In this document: in pieces, positions 1 through 11,940 of the stretch
How the letters are laid out: every line of letters begins with the position of its first letter
How positions within the stretch are numbered: the stretch's first letter is position 1
Source of the DNA: Oikopleura dioica
Lineage: Eukaryota > Animalia > Chordata
DNA length: 64,000 bases
NCBI GenBank assembly: GCA_907165135.1
Contig: OU015568.1
Location: forward strand, 7,378,001 to 7,442,000
Reading direction: 5' to 3'
The notes under the pieces: generated by a model
Database searches by the model: none
Told to the model about the DNA's origin: nothing
Seen by the model: only the letters and a program-made list of their open reading frames with translations
Program-made: the position numbers and the translations under genes

Positions 1-114
1 TCTGTTGAATATGAAGAGTTTTAACTCGCCCCTTTCCGCCTTTCTTCTGCCTCCTACAGATATCATTGATGTTTAATATTTCCCAAACTCAAATGTCAGT
101 AACTTTTCTTCAGA

Positions 115-1796
115 ATGGAAGGTGGATATGATCCAAAACGCGTGGCAGAGCTTCAAGAGCAAATGAAGCATCTGTCCGCGGAAGAAAGAGAAGCTATTAG
201 AAATGAAAAACTTGCGGAGCTTGAGGACCTTCAGAACTTTAGGAACATGTAAGAATCAATTGAATATTTCTCTTTTGATCACTTTCAGGGAGCATAATGA
301 GGGCTCAACCTACAAAGAAATGACAATGGAGGAATTCGAAAACCACCCTTTATTCATGGATCCTAATCATCTGTACACACAAGACGAAATCGACGACAAT
401 GAATTCCTCCAACAAATGCAAGCAATGAAATACTCGGATGGTGACACGCTTGATGAACAAGCGGAAGCGTATAAATCAGATGGAACTTTTCATTTCAAGT
501 GCAAATTGTACAAGAAGGCATGCGTCGCGTACTCTAAGGAAAGATTGCACCAGAATTTTGGAAAAATATTTGCGATGGAAGAGAATCTGGATAATCTGAG
601 ACAAGGCTATAACGATAAATCCACCAGACAAGCAACTTCTTGGACAATGTTATAACAATAGGGCAGCGGCGCATTTCTTCCGTGGAAATTTGAGACAAGC
701 AATTCAGGATAGTGGAATGGCCATTAAAATAGACAGAAATTACTTCAAAGCATGGTTGAGGATTTTTCAGTCGTGCGAGAAACTCGGCCGTTTCAAAGAA
801 GTATGTTTTACTTTTTTTGATGAAATATTTACGCTCATTGAAGGGACTCGAAATGGTGAATAAGGCTTTTGAACTAACATCTGATCGGAGCAAAGAGATG
901 AATGAAAAGTTCATCCAGTTTAGAGAAAAATTCACAAAGAAATCGAAGGAGATCGAGAAGCTTGAAAGAAAACAGGTAAGCCTCCTTATATTTCTCGCTT
1001 TATAAAAGGAATTCGCAGAGAAGAGAAGATGCGATCAAAAAGGCAAAAGAAAAGAAGCTCGTTGACTGTATTATCGCCTCTGGAGTTACCTTTGATATTC
1101 CAGAAGAGGACAAGAAGCAAGATGATTACAACGAGGAATCTGCCAATGTCATAAAAGCGATAGGTAATTTTTATTTCTCGTGATAAGAATCGACAATTGA
1201 ATTCAGAAACAAATCATCCCTCTGGCTGCAGAGTGCATATCGCTGACGGAGTCCTCAACTGGCCAGTGACCAGGGGTGGATATTTTGAAATCAGCCATTA
1301 TTCCATTTTATTCTAGAGCAAATTTGGCTTGATGAATCGGCTTGAAATTTCGGATGTTATCATCTTTTATATGTTCGAATCAGTCCTGAAAATTTCAGAC
1401 TGATTCATCAAGCCAGTTTTGCTCTGGAAAAAATGGAATAATGAAATGATTTCAAATTATCCACCCCTGCCAGTGACATTCGTTTATCCCGAGCATACGA
1501 CGTCGGATTTCATTGAATCGTTTGCTGAAAACGTGACGACGTACGAAATGATCTCGCACATGTTTGCCGAACCTGCGACTTGGGATAAGGAGGGCAAATA
1601 CAATGTGGACGGAGTGAATGTCTGGATTGAAAACCGAACGCTAGAAAAGCTCATGAAAGTCGACTTGGGAGCTCCGCTCAATAGCGTACTCCGCATGAAA
1701 AACGTGGTCGTCTATGGCGGCTGCCCAAATCTCATCGTGACGGCGCGCGGAAGCCCCTTTGAGAAGCACTTTCTGGGCAAATATGGACTCAAATAA
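115..1796 (+). CDS. TTC4: Tetratricopeptide repeat protein 4 (Cns1-like Hsp90/Hsp70 co-chaperone), multi-exon
   Basis: Spliced translation gives HPLFM...LQQMQAMKY...AEAYKSDGTFHFKCKLYKKACVAYSK|AITINPPDKQLLGQCYNNRAAAHFFRGN (TPR) and the C-terminal LNWPVTFVYPEH..SDFI motif. ATG follows ttttcttcag. Contains a GA-AG intron (539-605) and an exonic MITE (1271-1469). Confidence 0.9.
1271..1469. mobile_element. hAT-type MITE (199 bp) inserted in a TTC4 coding exon
   Basis: TIR CAGGGGTGGATA...TATCCACCCCTG with ~85 bp imperfect arms; 8-bp TSD CCAGTGAC at 1263-1270 and 1470-1477. Confidence 0.93.
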
Positions 1797-1881
1797 AAAT
1801 ATTTTTTCCTTTTCACGGAAATCTCAGAGAAATTCGCTACTCAATTTTGTTTGCTTTTGTAGAATGAGACTGAGCTAGAAA

Positions 1882-4800
1882 ATGGCTGTCAGAGATCGCC
1901 AAAAGGGAAATTATGTTCTGGAGAAACGACTTGGAGCTGGGAGTTTTGGTGAAGTCTACACTTGCTGGCACAATAAACGAGCAGGTACTCCTCGTTGATT
2001 TCAAGATATCAATTGAAATTTTAAGAGTACTATGAGGACGAATGCCTTGTTATAAAAATTATCAACATCGGCCCTGGAAGCAAATCTTCAGATGGGAAAG
2101 ATCCTTGTGATGATGCGAAACGCGAAGCGAAACTGCTCCGTAAACTGAACCACAAATACATCATTCAGTTTCATGACTCGTTTATTGAACGAGAGTCTTT
2201 CTGCATCGTGACAGAATACTGCAATGGTGGCGATTTGGAGCACTACATTGTCCGGAGGAGAGACGTGAACGAGAAGATCTCATCTTGTCTTGTCATAAAA
2301 TGGATGAAACAAATGACAGAGGCGATCAAATACATGCATACGTCCCGACCGCCAATTCTGCATCGAGATTTAAAGTCGCGAAATGTCTTTCTTGCTGGCC
2401 AAGATGTCAAAATCGGTGACCTTGGAGTGTCAAGAGTTCTTCAAGAAAGCTTCGCAAAGGTAAAGAATCTATCGTATGTTTACGCTGTGACTCGATAGAC
2501 TTGAGATAATGTCAGCATCAAACGCATAAGATCAGAATTTACGATTTTGAAAAATCAGAATAGCATTCAAAAACATTTTATTTAGTCATTCTTGACACTG
2601 ACTTCATAAAATAATCAAAGCTCTAACTTTTGAATCTTTGGCATAAATGCAAACAACCCGCCCAGAAAATATTTGCTAAAGAGAGGCGGTATATTTGCAT
2701 TTGGCAGATATTTCATTTCTCCCTGCTTTTTTGGTACTGCTAAGAGTTCCTTACTCGCCAGAGAAACGAGAATGAACAGATTCCTGACAAGGACTGCGCC
2801 GAGAGTCGCAAAACGAAGCAACTCTACTCTCCGTTATGATGGTCGTGTAGCCGTTGTCACCGGCGCTGGAAACGGTCTTGGTCGAGAGTATGCTTTAGCA
2901 CTTGGTGCTCGAGGAGCAACTGTCGTCGTCAACGATTTTGGCGGCGGAATGCACGGCGAAGGAGCTTCTAGTGTCGCTGCTGATGAAGTCGTTGCTCAGA
3001 TCAAAGCTGCGGGAGGAAATGCGATGGCGAACTATGCAAACGTCTGCAATACGGACGAAGTTTTGGGACCAGTCCTCGAGGAGTATGGAAAGCTGGACAT
3101 TCTGATCAACAACGCTGGAATCTTGAGAGATCGATCCTTCTTGAGAATTTCCGATGACGACTGGCAAGCGATCATGGATGTCCATCTTACTGCTTCTTTC
3201 AAGCTCTCCCAAAAGGCCTTCGAAGTTATGAAGGCGCAAAAGTATGGACGTATCATCAACACCTCCTCAAGCTCTGGAATCTATGGAAACTTTGGGCAAG
3301 CAAATTATGCCGCGGCCAAGATGGGTCTTGTTGGTCTAACCAACACCCTTGCAATCGAAGGGCGAAAAAACAACGTCCTCTGCAACGCTGTCGCTCCTCA
3401 AGCTCTTTCCCGAATGACTGAAAACATCTTCCCAGCTGATCTTCACGAAATGCTCGGACCTCAGTTTGTCGCCCCTCTCACCCTCTACCTCTGCCACGAA
3501 GACTGCGACGAAACTGGTGGCGTCTTCGAGACCGGTGGTGGTTACTCTAGCAAGCTCCGATTCCAGAGCACCAAGGGAGCTCTTTTCGCAACAAAAGCTG
3601 CCTATCCTACTGTCGAGGACGTTGCAGCGAAATTCGACGAAATCTGCAATTTCGATGATGAGCCAGAGGCTGTCGAGTCAATTCAGGAAGCTACCATGCG
3701 TATCATGAATGCCATTTCTGACATGCCTGACGCTCCAGAAGCCGCAGGAGATGATCCAGATGCTGATATCCAACCAAACAAGGCAAAAGCATGGAAATCA
3801 GAACCAGTTGACTGGGAATACACCAACAAAGACGTAATTCTGTACAACCTGGGTGTCGGTGCTGGACCAATGAAGGATAATTGCGAGCTGCGATTTATCT
3901 ACGAAAATCATGATGATTTCCAGCCTCTTCCTTCTTTCGCCATCGTCCCTGCTTTCAAAGCCCTGACTGAGCTTGGCGAAACTCCTGGACTGAAAGTCAA
4001 CCTTGCCAACATTCTCCACGGCGAACAATACATCAAGCTTCACAAACCCTTCGACGCTGATGGTGCCAAACTCACTACTACCGCGTCCGTTGGGGACGTA
4101 TTGGATAAGGGAAAGCATCTTGTTTTCTCAACTGATTATGAATCCCGCGATGAAGATGGAGAGCTCGTCTGTACCAATCAATTTGTTACTTTTGTTCGTA
4201 ACCAAGGAGGTTTTGGCGGAACCAACAATCCAGAAAATATTGTCGAGCCAATCGATGCCCCTGATCGAGAACCCGATCATACTTTTGAAGAATTCGTTCC
4301 AGAAGGACAAGCCGCTTTGTACCGATTGAGTGGTGATCCCAATCCTCTTCACTTGGATCCTGACTTTGCTCAGATGGCTGGCTTCAAGGTCCCCATTCTT
4401 CACGGAATGTGCACATACGGATACGCGGTCAGACATATTCAAAATCAATTCCCAGACACCCCCATCTCAGCGATTAAGGGACGCTTTTCATCTCCAGTTC
4501 TTCCGGGCGATACTCTCGTCACGAAAATGTGGAAAGATGGCGAAAAAGTTCTTTTCGAAGTCTGGATCAAGGAATCTAACAAGAAAGCGATTTCAGGCGG
4601 CTTTGTTGAATTCGGCTTCGAAGAGTCAGAATCATCCTCTGGATCATCTGCTTCTGCCACGGCGTTGCTTACTGACAAACTTTTCGCGGAGATGAGCGAT
4701 AAGGTTGACGCCAGCGCGGTCAACAAAGTCAAGGGCATTTTCAAATTTGAAATCTTGGATGGTGGTAAACTGGCGAAAAGCTGGGTTGTTGACTTGAAAA

Positions 4801-6330
4801 ATGGGGATGGATCAGTCTCAGAATCCGACGGCAAGGCCGATTGCACCATCATTGTTTCTGATTCTGACTTTGCCGATATCGCTGCCGGAAAGCTCGATGC
4901 TCAGAAAGCCTTCTTCGGTGGTCAGATGAAAATCAAAGGAAACGTCATGCTTAGCCAAAAACTTGGAACTCTTCTGAAATAAATATGCTGTGTCAATAAT
5001 ATCGATCCAAATTAAATTCTGATAAATAAAACCTTCTGAAAAAAAATTCAACCTAAAGAACGCAATTTCTTTTTCTTATCATAAAACAAGCATGCAGAAG
5101 ATAATACGCTAAGGTCTTTCAGGATAAAGTCACAAGAAATATCAATAAATACAATAAATACTAATTGATCTTAGTCCTTCCTTGGTACGCCTTATTACAT
5201 GGCTCCGGAGATGATCAAAGACGCCAAATATGACACAAAAGCTGATATTTGGTCGCTGGGTTGTATCATCCACGAGCTTATTCTTCTAAAACGAGCATAT
5301 ACCAGTGATTCTCTTATGCGTCTCATGTATAAAATTGTCGAGGATCCGGCGCCACGAATATCAAAAAGTAAATTGAAAAAATTGAAAAACGGTTTATTAC
5401 ACTCTATTTCAGATGAAGTTGCCGATCTCAAACTTTGGCCAGTTGTCGATATTCTTGCAAAAATGTTGGATAAATCGGCTCAGTCGAGACCGAGTGCTGC
5501 GCAAATTCTCCAAGACTCAATATTCTCAGAATCAAGAGCATCCTCCGCCACATCACGAAGTTCGACGGGCTCTCGTGGTTCACGCCCTGGCTCGGGAAAA
5601 GAGATGATTTCTATGACCTCGAAGCCTGATTTTACAGAAACTGTGAAGCAACTCGATACAATCAAAGGTTGGTTTTCAAACTGCGCTTTTTATAAAGAAA
5701 TGTTTAGCAAAAACTTTTGCTCGCCACTGGTCTCAAACAAGTGATAAACAATCAAGTATAAGTTCTGATAAAACTCCGACAGCGTCGATAGATTTCGCTC
5801 TACCAGAAGAAATCGACGAATATGCTTCTCACTTAGAAGCCACTGAATATTCGGACTCCGAATCAGACTCATCTGATGAGGAGTCAACAAGGTTAGAAAT
5901 CTTCCTTGTTATCAAAAATAAATATGTTTCTAAAGTGATGAAGACGATTCTGAGGACGATGAAATTATTCGAGAAGCTCGACTTACTCTGACTGATAAAA
6001 TAAATGGAAGTTTATACCAAGAAGAGAAATTTGAAAGAATCGATCCAAGCACTGATCTTGCTTCCGGAGTTTTAACGAGTAAATACGAAAGATTAAAAAA
6101 GCAATGCATCGATATGCTGGGAAAAGTCAATTTTACGAATGCTTATAAGTAAGTGGCGAATGATAAGCTTTCTCGTAACGGTTTCTAGTTTCTTTCGTCG
6201 AATGTACGAGTTGAAAGAGTTCCCTGAAGATATCATCTCAGAGCTAGGAGAAATTGTCGGCCCTTTAGCTAACCACTGTATGATTGTTGAAGAATTGATA
6301 ATGCTTGAGGACCAGTTACGCAAAAATTAA
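1882..6330 (+). CDS. NIMA-related kinase, NEK11-like, multi-exon; intron 2460-5174 hosts HSD17B4
   Basis: LGAGSFGEVY, FHDSFIERESFCIVTEYCNGGDL, LHRDLKSRNVFL, KIGDLGVSRVL..SFAK|SFLGTPYYMAPE, KADIWSLGC; NEK-type C-terminal helical region. Assignment to NEK11 is tentative. Confidence 0.85.
2772..4982 (+). CDS. HSD17B4: Multifunctional enzyme type 2 (SDR dehydrogenase + hydratase-2 + SCP2), intronless
   Basis: TGAGNGLG, NNAGILRDRSF, YAAAK, hydratase motif YRLSGDPNPLHLDP..PILHGMC and a C-terminal SCP2 domain. First ATG at 2772 lies 10 nt after the acceptor cgccag. AATAAA at ~5025. Confidence 0.95.
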   Translation: MNRFLTRTAPRVAKRSNSTLRYDGRVAVVTGAGNGLGREYALALGARGATVVVNDFGGGMHGEGASSVAADEVVAQIKAAGGNAMANYANVCNTDEVLGPVLEEYGKLDILINNAGILRDRSFLRISDDDWQAIMDVHLTASFKLSQKAFEVMKAQKYGRIINTSSSSGIYGNFGQANYAAAKMGLVGLTNTLAIEGRKNNVLCNAVAPQALSRMTENIFPADLHEMLGPQFVAPLTLYLCHEDCDETGGVFETGGGYSSKLRFQSTKGALFATKAAYPTVEDVAAKFDEICNFDDEPEAVESIQEATMRIMNAISDMPDAPEAAGDDPDADIQPNKAKAWKSEPVDWEYTNKDVILYNLGVGAGPMKDNCELRFIYENHDDFQPLPSFAIVPAFKALTELGETPGLKVNLANILHGEQYIKLHKPFDADGAKLTTTASVGDVLDKGKHLVFSTDYESRDEDGELVCTNQFVTFVRNQGGFGGTNNPENIVEPIDAPDREPDHTFEEFVPEGQAALYRLSGDPNPLHLDPDFAQMAGFKVPILHGMCTYGYAVRHIQNQFPDTPISAIKGRFSSPVLPGDTLVTKMWKDGEKVLFEVWIKESNKKAISGGFVEFGFEESESSSGSSASATALLTDKLFAEMSDKVDASAVNKVKGIFKFEILDGGKLAKSWVVDLKNGDGSVSESDGKADCTIIVSDSDFADIAAGKLDAQKAFFGGQMKIKGNVMLSQKLGTLLK

Positions 6331-6883
6331 AAAAAATCTATTCCTAAAAATTATTGACCTTTCTCTCTCGCTCTCAGTTGGAGTTTCACTTATTACTGCT
6401 TACTTACCCGCTTTCTTACTTCCCCTATCCTCTTGTCTTCCCCTTATATGCTTTCAAGTGCCTTTAATTCTACTTTTTTATTTTCAAGAATAGATTTTTC
6501 TAAAAAATTTATAATTTTAAATTGTTCATAAAAATGATGCTTATGTTTTGTCATTTGATGATCTTACTGTCATAATTTCATCATTGCAAGAATGAACTTT
6601 ATTTGCAGGTTCTGCCTTATTTTTAAGCCTATAAATCAGTGCAGGAATAACTGTTACCATGCACTCCAATTGAAGCATCTGCACTCCATTTCATTCGCAA
6701 GAAAAATTATCCACGTGGATAGTAAATTTCTCCGAAATTATGCAAAAAAAATTGTCCATGATTGAAAGATGTAGGCTCGAAGCTAAATTGCCGTAAAATT
6801 GGATCACGAGCTGGAGGGATCACTACACATCTGTATTCCGGACGCTGGGCACACCTCTCAAATTGAAGATCGATGCAGGGTAA

Positions 6884-8168
6884 TTAGCATTGACGTGATT
6901 TACAACTCATCAAAAAAGCATTGTCCTTTGAGTGTACCGCTTCTGCATTTATTTAAATATACAACAGAGAGAAAGTGAAGAGGAAGTATACAATATTCCT
7001 TTAGATATTTTTGAACCAGGATGTCAGGTCCCCACCTGGATTTTCTTCGATCGGCATGTTCATATTTGCATAAGCCATTTCAGCTCCAAATTGATCTTGC
7101 GAATTCATCATTGCTAAAATATAAAATATGCTCGAGAAAACTTCGAAGCTAGTATCTCACCTTGATAGTGGTAGTCAGCTTCGGATGGGTACATTCGTTT
7201 TGACAAGTCGCACTGTTTCATCTGCTTTAGTCGGCGTTCTTTGCTTCTTCGATTTTGGAACCAGACTAGTCGGATTGTAAAAGCAGACATAAAAGAGGTA
7301 TTATAGTTACCTTGAATGACTCGCATAGACAGTCCAGTCTCCGATGATAGTTTCTCTCTCATGTGTCTAGTCGGCTTCGGCGCTGCGAGAAATGCATTTT
7401 TCAGAATCTCCAGCTGCTTGGCTTTGATCGTCGTCCTTATTCGAAATTTTGAAAAGGAAAGTGGTTATTCTTTACCTTGGGCCACGACGCTTTGTTTTAC
7501 TAGGGCTGATTTCAGTTTTGTCGTTAGAGTTTTCATCCTGGGGATCGTTGGACTCAGGTGAGCTTTCTGGGTCTCCTTCTGATGTTCCTTGATCTTGAGG
7601 GCTGCTGATTTTCATGTGAGTCGGGCAAATGATTTCGCCGTTTACAAAGTGAAATGGTGCTCCCTTTGGAACTGCACAGTCGCAGCATTTGTAAACGATG
7701 CATCGATGATGAAAGATGCCAGTTGGAAAAGCTTGTATCCAGTCGTTTACTGTTATCTCGCCCTAAGAAATTTCAAGACACGAGTTCTGAGATGCGGCTT
7801 ACCTGGCATCCCAAACATCTTTTCCCAGTCTTGCATCTTTTGCAATAGCAATCGTGGCACAGAATATTATCAGAGTTCTTCGTTTTCCATGCTGATGGCG
7901 TTTTCAATTCAGTGTTGCAATCATAGCACTAAATAAGGCTGAGTATTCTCTTCGTTGTCTTCAAGTTTGACGAAATAGACAACCCTCTTTCGTTTATATT
8001 ATAAACTTTATAATATAAACTTTATATCTCTTACCGTCAAACAGGTCTCGTGGAAGAAATCGTGATCTATGCATAGAACAACCCCTTAAATAGTCATTAA
8101 AGCTCTCGGCAAGGTTAATTATACGGACCTTTAATCTCTGTCTCGCAATTTTTGCAGGTCCTCGTCAT
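6884..8168 (-). CDS. Lhx1/5: LIM-homeobox protein Lhx1/5 (Lim1), multi-exon; last exon tentative
   Basis: Homeodomain [61 protein letters not shown]; two divergent LIM domains (CKNC..HETC..CHDC; CLGC..HHRC..CCDC..CPTH). Confidence 0.88.
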
Positions 8169-8653
8169 TACACGTTAATTATCAAATTTCCTCGTGTTCC
8201 TTCAACAAGCTGAAATTGAGCTGTTCGATCAGGGTTAATTAGCATGCATAGACTCTAAATCACCTGGGGGCGCTGTACATGCTGGTCGCCGCACGCGCCT
8301 GAGGGTAACTGTATAATTGCATACAGATAGGTGCTAAATGATCGATCAGTTCTGAAGGAGTAGCCTTGAACGGCGATCAAATCTGCATGCATTAAAATCT
8401 CGCCTGAGGAAAGTCACGAGGCTAATGATGCGAATCGCCGTATCATAAGGGTCATGCTGTTGGTTTATGCGGAAAATCCCGCGGAAACTCAAGTGACGAC
8501 TACCAATGCTTGAACTCAAGTGCGAAATTGGTTGATAACTGTATTCTGCACGACGATTTATTGCAGTGATTCTCAAAAATATTTAACGAGTGTCAATAAA
8601 AGTCAGTATTTAAAAATCGTAATTTCAATTCAATTTCACTTAGATTCGAAATC

Positions 8654-11262
8654 ATGAAAGGTAAGATCGAGAAAAAAGGTTTCAAGTCTATCCTTGCTAT
8701 TCTAGTGCTTTCGAGTCTTCTCGCCAGCTCCCTGGCTGACATTTATCTCCACTTTCCGCGAGGAAGTAACAATCGTCTCAACGAACAGGTAAGTGTCAAT
8801 CAATTTTAAAAAATTGACCAAGAAATAGGGAGGAAACCGCGAAAACGGTAATCGACTTTTCGACTCCCAAAATGGCGGAGGAGGAGGCTACAATGTCGGC
8901 GATTTGACTTCGGAAGCTGCCACGACCGTTGAGGGTCAAAGCAAAGCTACTTACTTCCAATCAGGCGAGGAAGCCCCGACCGAACTCGCCATTGAGTGGT
9001 TCAGCCAGCACGGGTGCGGTTTGGCTAACAAGAATGATGCCAACTGGATCAACTGCCAGATCGTCATTCAATACATGTGCCAAGACTCTGGTTCTACTCG
9101 AATGTCCAATGGTTTTGTTACTACGTCATCGCAGTACACTGAGCCAGCTGCCGACGAAGATCACGACGCCACCCTCGCTCGAAAGGACACGGATTTTGAG
9201 GAGGTCCCGGATACGGGCTTCCACGAATCTTGGGAATCATACGATGCATGCTACCGACGAGAGCGCAATCGAGGCCTTTTTATGGCTGATAAGAACCCAG
9301 GTCGATCGAAAGGAGCCACGCGAACTCGCCAAAATGCGAACGGTAACAAACGAGGTCTTGAGTGTCCAGAAGAGAGAGACTACTACCCCTACTGGCATCC
9401 ATCTGAGTGGACTGACATTGCTGTTCTCACCTCCGAACCGACAAAATGTGAAAACATGGTAGCAAACTCTGGTAACCGAGTTGTCAAGCATGAATGTGTT
9501 CATTTCATCGACGAAAACACCGTTCAAGGCTGGTCCGAAGCAAACCACAAAGAAGCTTGTGACATGGCTGAAGGAACTTGGATTGGCTTTCAATCTTACA
9601 AAGACATCATCGGAGAGGATCAGGTATGAAATAAGAAATATGGCAAACCTGAAACTTGAATAGCTTGAATGCGAGAAGCAAATGATCAAGAACAAAGATG
9701 TTCGATGGGCTGTTCCATACTTGACTGGTCCCGGTCGATACCAAGCTCCGAAGGAAAAATGTCTTGTTCTCCATCCTGAACCAGAATGCATCACCGCTCC
9801 CAACATGCGCACCAACCACAACGGCAACACTGACGAAGGTACTCTTCCCAACTTCAAATGGACACTTCCACATTACGAGGCTCCCGAGTTCACCAAAGAG
9901 TGCGCTCTCCGAATTCGATACAACATTACGACCAACGATTACCCAGATGACTTCTCCACTGATCAAACCGAAACTTATTATTCTTCCCCCGAAATTTGGG
10001 CGAACCCTGTGATCTCATACAAAGGAATTGACCTCGCTCTTGCGATCAATACTGCTCAATTCGGACGTGTCTTCCAGGATCGAACTCATCTTTTCCAGGT
10101 AAAATTTTACCACCTTCCCTCAGCTTATTCAAAATCAAGATTGTTCCCCGACCGGCAAGTATCCCAGATGATCATAAAATTTTCAACGTCGGAGTTCGAG
10201 GTCGACGAGGAAATGCCGCTCAAACTTACCCAGCCATTGAATACGACTTCAGCCCCACAGATCTCGAAATCAACAGTTATGATCTTGTGCACTTCCAATG
10301 GGAAGGCTCAAACACCTCTCCCACTGGCGCTGGTCAAGGTCAGGAAAATACCGATCGAAGCAACATCGTCCCTCTGGTCAAACCGAACACCAACATTCCC
10401 GCCGGATGGATCGAAGATCAGAATCAGAATGATGATCTTCCAGTTGATCACTTTTCTTTTGAAGAAAATGGCGTGCGACGAACATTCTACGTCCGACCAA
10501 CCTATGGCTACAACATGCTTGAGGTTAAAAACGCCTGCAATTCTTTCGATATGGAACTTCCAATGCCGACTAGCGATGCATACAATGAGGCACTCAATAA
10601 GTACTGGTTTAATCCAGAAGGAGTTTGGAAAGGCGATTTCCCTCTTGGCATCAATGGTAAGAAATTATATCAAAAAATTTTCCACAAAATGAATATTCAA
10701 TAGCAAAATGGATCGAGAGTGAAACCGAAGAAGGAATTGTCTACAATCACTTTGACGGAACTAATCCTAAGATGGATTTCTATAATACCATTTACACGCT
10801 TGCTGTCATGAAAGAAAACGGAAAATGGTATAACGCCCGGCATGAGTGGGACTACGGCTGGTTCCCATGCGTCAAAGAGGTCTACGACGTTAAGCTCCCC
10901 GATCCGGAGATGTTCTCTGAATGGCTTTGGACGTCTGGTGATGTCAGCGATCTTACTCACATGGACGACCTCAAGATTCAAATGGCAACCGGCGGTTTCT
11001 ACGGATGCCACCATGAAGGCCGATGCTCCAACCCAGCGGAGAATCCAGTCGAACCGATGAACAACCTCTTGAACAACGCCCCTGCCTACTTCAAAGGAAA
11101 CGTCGTCCGAATGAACAAGGGAATCCACCAGTACATGTGTACCAGGAACGGATCTGAAAATTATATGTATCTCAGTAATATTGAACTATAAATCGTCAGA
11201 CCTCGAAAAGAAACAACGCGTTCACAAACCGATCTCACAAGGGAACCATCATTGTTCACTAA
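8654..11262 (+). CDS. DD3-3-like secreted protein with an internal C-type-lectin-like segment
   Basis: Signal peptide, then DIYLHFPRGSNNRLNE..NRLFDSQN..GGYNVG, GLECPEERDYYPYWHPSEWTDIAV, LAINTAQFGRVFQDRTH and YMCTRNNAFTNRSHKG, all DD3-3 family motifs. Confidence 0.85.
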
Positions 11263-11940
11263 ATTCGGGCCAAACCAAAATCAGGAAGTATAAAGATGGG
11301 AAGTGACAAAAAAGGAAGTGATACTTTTGGAATGGGTTTTCATTGGCCGGTAGGCCAAATGCAGCGATCTTATTGGTCTTCAGAAAATGCATTTCCTTTT
11401 TTGTCGCTTCCTATCTTTATACTTCCTGATTTTAGTTTGTGCCCTAAATTCAAGCTCTCTGACTTTCTGAAGAGTAATACAATATTTCTTTCCCTCAAAT
11501 GGTTTTCATTCTTCGTCTTTTAAAATTTACTGAAGGGTCTCTTATTTGAAGATTTAATGAAGATTTATTCTTAAAAAAATCATAAAATTGCCGAATAACA
11601 ATAGTAATCAATCAAATTAATTCTTAGAGAGTTTGCTTTTTGAAACTAAATCCTTTCTTTTATTAAGATTTTTCTCTGAAATGAAAGCTATAATATGTTT
11701 TATTGTGGTGACACTATTGTGATGTCTTTATTTTGGCGTGTGCTTCCGATGATGAATAGACATATATTTGAGTGTTAGAAACATAATTACGCTTATGTCG
11801 TCATACAATGAAGTCTTTTTAACGACTCTGGCATGGCTTAGCTCACTAAGCCCTACAGCAGTGAAGTAAAAATTCTTGATTATAAGGAAGTTGTTGTCTC
11901 TTTTACACCCCGATGCCGCAAACAGAAAAGAGATAATTGT

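Noticed and set aside
2646-2702. Short hairpin upstream of HSD17B4 (aaatgcaaa..ccgcc/ggcgg..tttgcattt)
   Set aside because: Real inverted repeat, but no clear TSD or second copy, so I cannot assign a function.
2673-2771. TTG-initiated N-terminal extension giving a 769-aa HSD17B4
   Set aside because: Eukaryotic context; an acceptor at 2761 and the first ATG at 2772 give a better start.
2772-4982. Horizontal (bacterial) origin of the intronless HSD17B4
   Set aside because: The dehydrogenase-hydratase-SCP2 fusion is the animal architecture; retroposition is simpler.
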